NCBI GenBank assembly: GCA_951406725.2
Contig: OX597826.1
Coordinates: 65,038,001-65,102,000 of the forward strand
Direction of reading: 5' to 3'
Origin: Octopus vulgaris
Taxonomy: Eukaryota
Length of the DNA stretch: 64,000 bases
Below are positions 32,393 through 44,300 of this stretch, one piece after another. The number at the start of each line of letters is the position of its first letter. Position 1 is the stretch's first letter. A program made the position numbers and the translations under genes. The notes beneath the pieces were generated by a model. It ran no database searches. It was not told the origin of the DNA and worked only from the letters and a program-made list of their open reading frames with translations.

Positions 32393-35300
32393 CTGAAAAA
32401 AATAACAATAAAAAGAATATAATTTTAGAATACGCTTATATATATATAATTATTCTAAAAATAAATTTATTTTGATAAATCTAATATAGATAACATTCTT
32501 GCATTTTGGTAGTGTTAGTTTCACAGTTTCTTTTACAGATTTTATACTTTAAAAAAGTATAAAATGATCTTTGGTTTGTCATCAAATTCACAAGTGAACT
32601 GTATTGATTCCTATGTTATAGATTCATAACAAGATTGATTCTATGAAATACAAAAATAGTGTTTCAAATAACAAAAATGACACTACTAAAATGCAATATG
32701 TTTTAACACAAACTGTTTTTCAAAAACATCAATAAAAAAAAACAAGAAAAACTTGAAATATTTTTCCTTACTTCATGCACCAGCATTCTTTCAAAAGAAT
32801 TCAGTGTAGATGGGAAAATTTTCACAGTTTCCTCAGAGTTTTTTGAGAAATCTGTGAGAGTTTTATGCAGTTCATTATGTCGTTTCGCATCCTTGTCGGC
32901 TTTAGACATTTTGCTGAAATAATAAAAAGTAAGAACTGTAATCCAAACTAATGAGCAGATGAGCCACAATCCTCACAGACAAGGAACAAAGACACAAACT
33001 CTCCTGGGTCAATAACAGCAAAGGAATCAGTGGAGTGGACATGAGATGTTTTGGTACAGCAGTGTTGACACCACCTATCTGACGTCACTGATTTAATGTT
33101 GACTTATTTGATATCAAGCATTTTAATGTTTCGCTTGTTCTCCCCACCTCTCTGTCTTGTAAGCATATTTCTGATTATGCGTATGAGGAGAGGGAAAGTT
33201 TATATTTCAATTGCATTCAATTAATAAATTGCAACCTCTCTCTCTCTTTATCTATATGTGTATACATACATTAATAATATCAGGGTAGGAAAAATTTTAG
33301 AAATTTTTACTACCAGTGGCCTAGCATGTAGAAAAATTAGTCAATATCATCATCATCATCATTTAACGTCCGTTCTCCATGCTAGCATGGGTTGGACGGT
33401 TCGACCGGGGATCTGGGAAGCCAGAAGGCTGCACCAGGCTCCGGTCTTATCTGGCAATGTTTCTACAGCTGGATGCCCTTCCATATAAATACATTGTACA
33501 TTTAAACACATAAGAAATATCCATCACAGGATACCTGGCATGCTACTGTATTTATATGTGTATACATACAGATAGATAAAGAGATGTGTATATGTATATG
33601 TCTGTGCATGTGTGTATGAGTTTGCCTCCAGTACCAAAAAGTAGCTTGACATGTCTTATTATGCACAGTGAATCACCAGAAGTCTCTGTCTCTTGTCATC
33701 TCCTCTGTGAGGCCCAAAGTTTGAAGGTCTTTTCTCACCAATTCGTCTCCTGGGTCTACCCTTTCCATATGTTTCCTCCACAATTAGAAATCAGCACTTC
33801 CTATTATTATTGTTATTATTATCCAATTAATTAATCAAGTGTTTGATTCATCATTTTGCCAAGCAATCTGTCAACTAGCTTTGTGACTTGCAACTTTGTC
33901 AATGACATACTTTCTCTACTCCAGGTCTGCTTCAAGTTTGTCTAACCCTATTTCAGATGTATTGTTTAACCCTTTAATGTTTAAATCGGCCATATCTGGC
34001 TGTTTTATGTTCAAACTGACCATATTCGGCCTGTCACGCCTTCCATACAATGCCATACTAAAAATAAGCAAGCACACCATTGAAATCTCAAAGCAATAAG
34101 ATAATGAATAATTCAAATCAATGTGAACAGATAAGCATAACAGTCAACAGAATAATCTGAACACTAAAGGGTTTAAAATTATAAACTTACTTCAAACACA
34201 CAATAATTATTTAAAATAGGGAAGTGATTATGATTTTTATATTTGAAGAAAAGGGGAAATGAAGGATTAGATTAATGTTTTTGTTTTCAAACCAAAATCT
34301 GAGACAAACCACAGTCAAGTTTATAATAAAAAAAAAAAAAAAAACATGGGTCACTCCAAAATATAGAATTACAAGAAAATTTCACACAGGTTTAAAATAT
34401 ACAATACTTTTGTTTTTCATCACATGGTTTGGGTTTTTTTCTGTTAGCATTTTTACCAATTTCAATGCCATTCATCATTTCCAATTTTCTTAAGGATGAC
34501 CGGTCTACAATATCATCTGTTTCAAACAAAATTTTAAAAATTACAGTTCATATTAATTAAAAATTAGTTTAAGAAAAAAAAAAAGAACCTAGAAAGATGC
34601 TTAAGATAGTTAATTGTTGATATTTTAATGAGTAATTTTAGACATTAAAATATAAACTAAAGAATTGAGTAACTAATAATTTCAACTTAGGATTCTTTAG
34701 ACTACATACAATAAATAATGAAAATAAAATTTTCTTTCATAATTATGGAACTAATTATTAAACAATGTTCAATGATGGCAATGCATACAGTACATTTATT
34801 TGTTATTCTACTCACAAGAGAAGATCACTAATCACTATTCTTATTATTATCACCATTTTTTAACATCCACCTCCCATACATAGACTGGGCAGTTTGATAG
34901 GATCCAACAGATCCAAAGACTGAATAACACTCCAATATCTGTTCTAGTATGGTTTCTACAGCTGGATGCTCTTTCTAAAGCCAACCACTTTACAGAATGC
35001 ACTGAATACTTTTTTGTGTCACTAGCACTGGTGAAGTTGTAATGCAGCTTAAAAGCCAAAGATCTCCTTTGATTGAGGAGAGGGAGGCAGCTTTGTACTT
35101 GGAAATGAGAACTTCAAGTATGAATGAAGGGGCCACAACAAACAGGTTTCTTGTTGTTGAGGAGCTACATGTCTACTCACATTTTGGAATAATCAGAGCG
35201 GAACATATTTGAAGGTGCATATTTTCAATTCATTTTAAAATAACACATTTTCAATTTCTGTTTTTATTTGTGTTTTATTGATTTCAAAGCCTTGCCAAAG

Positions 35301-38300
35301 CAGTTACAATGTCCATGAATAATAAATAGTTGCCATATAAGATACTGTTTGATGTCCACACCATGTATTATCATTTCATGAGCATAGGTTTAGAATATGT
35401 TGGTCATATTAACTTAGATAATGTTAAAACATAAATTCTAAGTCATCATGTTTGATTTGGGTAGGATTGTTATAACTGGTCACTCTTCCTATCGTAAAAC
35501 CACTGATAGATTAAACAGGAGTATCTATGATAACAGCAGAACTAGATAGAAGTCTTACTAAATTAAAAATCCATTCTGGTTTACATAACTAGTATATCAT
35601 AGATGACTATCATTGTTTGAAAAAGGACCAACCATTGGTAAGAAAAACATGTATAATATGAATGGATATTTAAGAAATGAAAAAAAAAAATGAATTATAC
35701 ATTAGTAGTGATGACTGTATGGGAAGAAGTAGTGAGGTTCAGTTTGATAAAATAATCTTATACTTTAGAAGTGGGATGATGAAGGACTAAAATGAATGGG
35801 GGAAATATTCTATGTAGTTATTATGGCACCATCAACATGTCCTATGATAATAAACATGTAGATATAACTAATATGGAACATATAACCTTAGATATGTAGG
35901 CATAGGCATGGCTGTGTGGTGAAGAGGTACACTTCCTAACCATGTGATTTCAGGTTCAATCCAACTGAGTATCCCTGGTGTGTGTGTGTGTGAGAGAGAG
36001 AGAGTTTATGTCTCCTAGTCATGACACCACGTGATAATTGTAAACAAGCATTACTGTTATACAAGTGGTGTTGTTCATTTCCAGTCTTCTGTGAAAATAT
36101 GTCCAGCCAAGGGGAAATATTACCTTGCTTGGAAATAAGGACAGCTGGCTGTAGAAAATCTACCTCAACAAATTCTGTCTGATCTGTGCAAGCATGAGAA
36201 AGTAAACACTGATGAGCAATGATGATGTAATTATTTGCATGAATACAAACCATTTAAATACTGATTGGCTGAATAAACAAATCCTTTATCGAAGAAATGA
36301 TCCATTAACGAAGAGAGAAATTTGTCATGTCTCATAGTTTCACTATCACAAACAACAGTTAAGTGACGGCGGGCTCTTGTCACAGCTACATTTATACGTC
36401 TGCTTTCCGATAGAAAGCCAACATCCCCTGGAAAATAAAAATGGAAAACATTTTTATAAATATATTTAAATTCTTACATAATCATACAAATATGGTATAT
36501 GCAACTGAAGCACTATTAAAATAACAATCTAATGAATCATACATAACATATATACACAATTAAGGCGGCGAGCTGGCAGTACCGTTAGCACGCTGGGCGA
36601 AATGCGTGGCCGTATTTCATCAGCCGTTACGTTCTGAGTTCAAATTCCGCCGAGGTCGACTTTGCCTTTCATCCTTTCAGGGTCGATAAATTAAGTACCA
36701 GCTGCGCACTGGGGTCGATGTAATCGACTTAATCCGTTTGTCTGTCCTTGTTTGTCCTCTCTGTGTTTAGCCCCTTGTGGGTAGTAAAGAAATATATATA
36801 CACAATTAATAGGCCAATTACCACAGTATTTATTATTGATGTGTTATATTAAAAACACAAATATCATCAAATGGAAAATCATCTCAGCAGTGGTCAGCAA
36901 GAATGCAAGATGCATTCTGGTCTTTCCAATGGACCAAGTGACTACTAGCAACATCAGAGAATGTTTTATTCATAGTTGAATACATTAAATATGAGAAAGT
37001 CTAAGAATGTGGACTGGCTACAAGTATGTGTCATTGAAAAGATCCAATAAAGATATACTGAATCTGATATTCTCACTGACCACTGCTGAGATGTCTCCTG
37101 ATATTTATTGATTTTAACACAGCATGACTATAAGAGATGTTATCTCAGGACAAATACTGCAGTCACTGGCCTACCAACAGTGTATATTTTACTTGTTTCA
37201 CTTTATTAGACTGTGGCCATGCTGGGGCATCACCTTGAAAAATTTTAGTTGAATCGACCCAACACATTTTTTGTAATGCCTGGTATGTATTCTATCAGTC
37301 TCTTTTGCCAAACCACTAAGTTACAGGGGTGTAAACACACCAGCACCAGTTGTCAAGTGGTAGTGGTGAACAAACACACACACACACACACACATATACA
37401 ACAGGCTTCTTTCAGTTCCATCTACCAAACCCACTTGCATGGTAGTAGAAGACACTTGCCCAAGGAGTCAAACAGCGGGACTGACACCGGAAGTATTATA
37501 CATTAAGTATGATACACAGATATACATTTTATACACTTCTAAAATTATTGCAAATTTTTATTAAAATCATAAGGTTTTCAAGATAGATACCAGATGTTTT
37601 TGAGATAATAATTCATAAATTCATATTTATTACTGTATGTTTTATTTTGTTTTTAGAAGAAGGTGAAAGGGAATTTGAAAAGTTTGCTCACCTTTTTCAT
37701 TTGACCTCACCAAGGAAATAACAACAGCTTCTTTCTCTCGGCCTTGGAAACCATCAACTGACTTTATTTCCAATTTTGGATAATCTGAACTCAATTTCAG
37801 TCGCAGTAACTCAACCTACAAAATATATATATTTAGCTTAAGAACCGCACTCCATGTGGACTTTGAAGATAGCTCCTGTGAAGGGCTAATTGGGCCTGCA
37901 GCCCAAAACTAAAGGGAGCAATAATAATAAAGCATTTATTGGTACCCTACCAATATGGTATTACTTTGAATTCAGTTTAAATGAAAAATTTTTAAGTTCA
38001 TGAATTTTTGGAGTTCTTTTAAAATTTGAATCTTACATGTATACCATTCTGCCGAAATAATGGATCTACAGATGCAATATCCCTGCATATCTCACGTCTA
38101 TTTTCATTCCTCCACTTCACTCTCTATTTCATATCTATTGCTTAACCATTTTCTCACACCATCTTCGATGAAGGGATATATAAAATATCCCAGAGACAGC
38201 TGTAAGACCTTCTATTTATAAATGTTCTAAAATCTTTCACAGCTTTGGATTTTTATCTCATTATGAAGAAAGGCTGAAGACGCTTGACCTTTATTCTCTA

Positions 38301-41300
38301 GAAAAACGCAGCCGCCGTGGTGATCTCATTCTTGCTCACAACATCATAAGCGGAAAGTATAACCTCTCGAAGGAGCTGTTCTTCACTCCTGCTCCAGAGC
38401 GTCGGCTGCGGGGTCATTCCGAAAAGCTCTATCTGCGACGATTTCATCTCAATCGAAGGAGAGGGGCTTTCTCCGTCTGGGTTGCGGATCCGTGGAATAA
38501 GCTGCCGGACGAGATGGTGAAGATGCCGACAACCGCTCGGTTCAAAGTCTCCCTTGACCTCAAGTGGGCTGAACTCTTTACATGAACACCACCCTGTACA
38601 TAACTCCATGTCCCTCTACATGGCCTTGCTTTTTTGCTTTTTGAGCCAAAAAATTAACTAACTAACTAACTAACACATATATATATATACACATACATAC
38701 ACACACACAGTTGAAATATATCTTGCAAATATAATAACAAGAACAACAATAATTACAAAATAAGCACAAGTCCAAAAATAAGGGAAAAAAGGTTAGTTGA
38801 ATAGAATTGCCCTTACACTTTACTGATACTTTATTTTACTGACTCCAGAAGGACACAAAACAAAGTTGATTTGGCAGGAACTGAACTCAGAACATAAAGA
38901 ACCATTGCTACAAACCATAAATCATTTTGTTCCCTGCTTTAACAATTCTGCAAATCCATGACCTTTTTGAGGTATGTAATAACAGCAAAAAATGTAAAAA
39001 TAAATAAAAATTAAAAAATTAAATTATAAAAAAGATACATCTTAAGACAAATGTAGGATTCTAAGTAATACCTGAAGGTTGTATGGTGCAATAACTGCAA
39101 TTTCTTCAACTGAAAGACCACTAGATATAAAGCTTCCTTACATGGTAATTAACAATTTCAGCCTCCCCTGTAGACGGAAAAAAAAAAGAATTTTAAATAC
39201 AGCATCATTCAAAATGAATGGTACAAAAAGAAAACATACATGTAACTGATGTAAGGAATATATTGCAAAGTGTACAATTCATTTTGAATTAATTACTCTG
39301 TATAGTAAGAATACAAATGTAATCTTTCAAGAATCACAAAGAACAGTGGTTCTCAACCATTTTTTGCCTATGGACCCCTTTGATTCCTATTTAATTTTGA
39401 TGGACCCTCAAGGCCATTTGATGTTTAAAAATTCCTTAGGAGTGGCTTTGTGGTAAGTAGCTTGCTTATCAACCAGATGGTTCCGGGTTCAGTCCCACTG
39501 CGAGGCACCTTGGGCAAGTGTCTTCTACTATAGCCTCGGACTGACCAAAACCTTGTGAGTGGATTTGGTAGACAGAAACTGAAAGAAGCCCGTCATATAT
39601 ATATATATTACATCATTAGATACGTAGGCATAAACATGGCTGTGTAGTATAAGGATTCACTTCCCAACTATATGGTTTCAGGTTCAGTTCCTCTGAGTGG
39701 CACCAAGTGTTTTCTACTACAGTGCTGTGCAGACCAAAGCCTTATAAGTGGATTTGGAAGATGGAAACTGAAACAAGCCTATTGTGAGTGTCAGTGTGTT
39801 TGATCATGTCTCTTTGTCTCAACATCACATGATAGTTGTAAACAAGCATCACTTCCATGTAAGTGGTATCCTTTATTTCAAGTCTTCCATGAAAACGTCC
39901 AACCATGGGGAAACATTAGCTTGCTTGGAAACAGGTGAGTGTAGGTGACAGGAAGGGCATCCACCTGTAGAAAATCTGTTTCAACAAATTCTGTCTGACC
40001 CATGTCAGTATGGAAAAGATGTTGAAATGATGATGATGGTGTGTGGTGGTAACACTGCAGACAACTTGCAACAATCTAATTACTTCCTTACATCAAATTA
40101 TATCAAAATAAAGAAAAAGAACAGAAGAGAAAAATTATGCAAACCTTCATTGCCCTTTGATATTTCTTCTGGAACTTCCAGTTCAGGCAGGTTACAACCA
40201 GCAGTATCAATCAATATTAGTGGTTCTGTGGTAAGTTCATTTTCTTCTATTCTTTCCAGATCCCTAAGAAAATTTATGAAAATGTTTTAACCCTTCTCTT
40301 ACCATGTATAATAATTAATATAATATACAGTAACATCATTGAAACCATAAAAGCATTTTAAAAAGAAATTCAAATTTCATTAATATACTAACAGTGGTTC
40401 TTACTAAAATAAATGTTACTAGATATCTATAATAAGAACAGATATTCTTCAAACAATATCATAAATCCTTACTTCAGAAGATGATTTTTAACAGAAGAAT
40501 CTGCAATGAGTTCATTGTCATACAGCTGTTTTGATGACCATTCCATAATATGCTGATGCATTCGATACTGAGTGGCTAACATTTTCTTCACTTGATTTCC
40601 ATATTCCTTCAAGACTCTTTCCATCAGTGTTATCTCTAAACCTGCACTAGCTGCCCTTCAAATACAGAATAGAAAACAATTAGAAACAAAGAACCAAATA
40701 CCAAATTGAAGCTTAATGAAGTGAGATTGCTCTAGCATGTAATCTCATACAACTTTAGTGCTAGGGACATCTACTAAACTTTTGTATAAGAAATGACAAT
40801 TTCTCAAGCTGGATTGCCATACTCTAAAAACACTTGATTCATTGTCCCTCAGACTCTCTGTATCCCTAAGGAATCTCTGTTTGTGAAAATGCATCAATAC
40901 AAATTGCTGATTCCTATATACAGTATTTAGATATATAAATGAAACATAATGAAAAGCTGCCCTTTCAAAACACAATTCTCCATATCCATTTTATTAATAC
41001 ACTAACATCACACGAAACTATTTCTGCCTTAGTTGCTGAGCCCACATTCTGTAACTCTCAGAAGAGGTTAAGTCAAAGTGTGACCTTCTGTTCTAGACAT
41101 GCATTCAGTTCTGCCCTTTGACCCCAGCAAACCAGAAGTTTTTTTCCTCAGCAGATTTGAAGCCCAGCAGTGTTCATGTGTTCCCATTTTTATAATTATT
41201 ATTCCAAGCCAGACTGTGTGGGCGGTGACACAATTTTCACAAATTTATTTAACATCAATGTCACTGTCATCAACATTGTCATCATTATATCATCTTTTCC

Positions 41301-44300
41301 ATGCTGGCATGGGTTGAAAAGGTTGCCACAGTTCAAGTCTGTTCTTATGCAATGTTACTGCCCAACAAGAGAAGATGGGAGTTGTGCCTCACTCTCATGT
41401 TCCATTGTAGGCATCTTTCTACAACTGGATGTCCTTCTAATTGCCAATCACTTTACAGAATGTATTGGGTGCACTTTATCATACCACCAGCACTAGAAAG
41501 GTACTCATGTTCTTAAAAAGACTAGAGCCCACTCTATTCAATGTTGTCTGTGCCTATTCAAAGCAAATTTGACTGAGAGGAGGAATATGAGTATAATGGT
41601 CAAGGCCTCCCTGTTTCCATCACCACCATCTTGCAGAAAAAAATTAAAATGTAAAATGTGAAAATACATACTCCTTTGATATAATAGTTGGTGGAAGCTG
41701 GCAGTGATCTCCAGCCAAAACACATTTAGGAGCTCGAGGAATTGGTATCCAACAGGCAGCTTCAGTTGCCTAAAAACATAGAAAAAATATTTTTATAAAA
41801 TTTTAAGATTTTGAATTAAATTAAAATATCAAAAGGATTTTAACAAATCCTTATAATATTGATTCTTAGACATAAAACAAGGAAGTTTTTCTTCTCTTTT
41901 TTTTTTTTAACTTTTTGTCAGGAAGGAAAGCATTGCTCATGACCTGCTACAGGGCCTCCAAGACTGGTGGAAGGGAAGGACAAAGAGATATCCTCAAACC
42001 AGTAACCAGGCCTGAATTCTTATAACAGAGTGGTCTTCCCTAAAGACACCAAAGGTGCCAGGTAGTGGTGTTAAACTGGGCAACAGATAGGCTATGGTGT
42101 GATTTGAATTCAGAATGCAAAGTGCTGGAACAGATATCACAAAGCATCTGGTCTGATACCTTCACTAGTCTGCGAATCCACAACCTGAAAGGATAAAAGA
42201 TGAGGTAGACCTCAATAGAATTTGAACTCAGCACTAGATACAGTAGAAAGCTTTGCTGATGTCAAGAGTAACAACACCACTTTCATCCAAGTTTGCAAAG
42301 TGTGAGGAATCTATTGAAGCATAGTAAATGAAGGTAGACTTTCTTAAATCAAATCCTTCTAAGAAGAAAAAGAGATTCTGAATGACAAAAGAAATAATTG
42401 TTTATGACTGCTTTCATTATCTATAATATGTTACATGGTTTTACTCGGGTTATAAACTCATAGCCTTAGCACAGTACCCTTTGCTTATCATGTAAGATTA
42501 GTGTATTTCTCAGAAAGTAATATTTACTTTTAACACTCAATGGTTTTACACTTCTGTACATTACATGCACATATTATTCATATAAGTGCTTCTTCATATG
42601 CTCTGTTTTCTGTCTTGCCATGTTTATCACTGAGAATGTCAACTCTGGAACATCCAACATACAGCTGACCATGTGAGAAGCATGGTTGAAGGAGGTTAAG
42701 TTGAAACCTCAAGTCAGAATAACAAGCATAAATACTATAATGTTTCTATAGCAACTTATTGCCTCTACAATAATACAGCTCCTCTATAACAATATTAATC
42801 TTCTTCAACAACATAATGCCTCTTTAACATGGCACTTCTACAACACAGTTCCTCCACAACAATGCAGAGTCTCCGCAACAATAGTCGTACAGTTGGCACA
42901 AAGTGAAAAATTGGGGAGAAATTTGATTAAATCAAATCCATTATTTACCAGGTTCTGATTCATTGACCTCAGAATGATGACAGAGAATGCTGACCAAAAA
43001 AGGATTCAAGCTCCAACTTAATCCCTTGATGCCGGTATTACCCAAAGCATGTGAGACACTGCTCCAGTTTTTTTTATCTAATGAGGCTACACAAACACAC
43101 AAGTGCCAACGAGCTCGCTTCTATTTACATTCACCGTTACAATAACATAGCATCGTACATTTACGTCTACTGGTTTATGAAAACGGACTATGTGAAGCTA
43201 TTTGTCATAATATGATATGCAAGAGTTATTCTGCTCAAGTTAAAAAAATAACTTGATTGTGGTTAACTCAAAACACAGTATTATGCATGTAAAATATCCA
43301 CATGTCATTGGTCTACTGCTAGTCTCATGACTTGAACGTAACCTAAAATAGCTAAGATAATGCACAGGAGGGCGAGCGCGTGCACCTCAAGAGATAAAGT
43401 ACATGATAGCGAATGTAAACATACGTCAGCCGCTAAAAAGTCTGTGATAGATGTAGGGCAGCTCTACATCGTATATTTACGTTAACCGCGGGCAGGCAAG
43501 CAAAACTGTGATCGCATATTTGCGTCAACCATTGTCAAGGGGTTAAGGAAATGAAGTGAAATGAAATAACAAAGCATTTTGTCAGCTTCTCTCTCTCTCT
43601 CTCAGGTCAATTATTCACCACCCTAAGAGGGGCATCAGGCCATAGAAAATCTGCCTCAACAAATTCTGTCTGACCATATAAACATGGAAAAGTGCACATT
43701 GAATGATAATGATGATGATGGCTATGTGATTGAGTTTTGGGTTCAATCTCACTGCACAACACATTAGTAAGTTTTTTCTGCATATTCTGTATAATTCACT
43801 AGTTATCGTTATTGATATTTTAAGATCTATCTCCCTTATAGAAATTGGCTGCCGATTCTTCGCGGGGTTTTTCTTTTTCTCTTCCCTTCTCTCCCCCTCT
43901 TGTTACATTGTCGTCTGTCTGGACTCCTCTCTTCCTACCACCCGCCATGGCTATGCATACTTAAGCTAGTAAACTGCCTCATTCTTGATTCCGAATTCCT
44001 TTTGCCAAGTCTGTCCGTAAACGAAGTGATCTCAAGATAAGAAATCTTTGAACTTTAATTCATCCGTATCTCTATTTATTATTATTATTTATTAATTATT
44101 ATTATTCTGATCCCCCTAGTCGCCACTCTGTTTACTATTTCAGCCTCGCCTCGCCTCGTTTTGCATATTCTGTATAATTCACTAGTTATCGTTATTGATA
44201 TTTTAAGATCTATCTCCCTTATAGAAATTGGCTGCCGATTCTTCGCGGCGCGCCCGCCCTACCCACCCCCACCACCAATACCGGATATCTCTATTTTGCT

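Noticed and set aside
31962-32396. 144-aa hydrophobic ORF with [10 protein letters not shown] repeats
   Set aside because: Antisense shadow of IGHMBP2 exon 16 and its 30-bp repeat.
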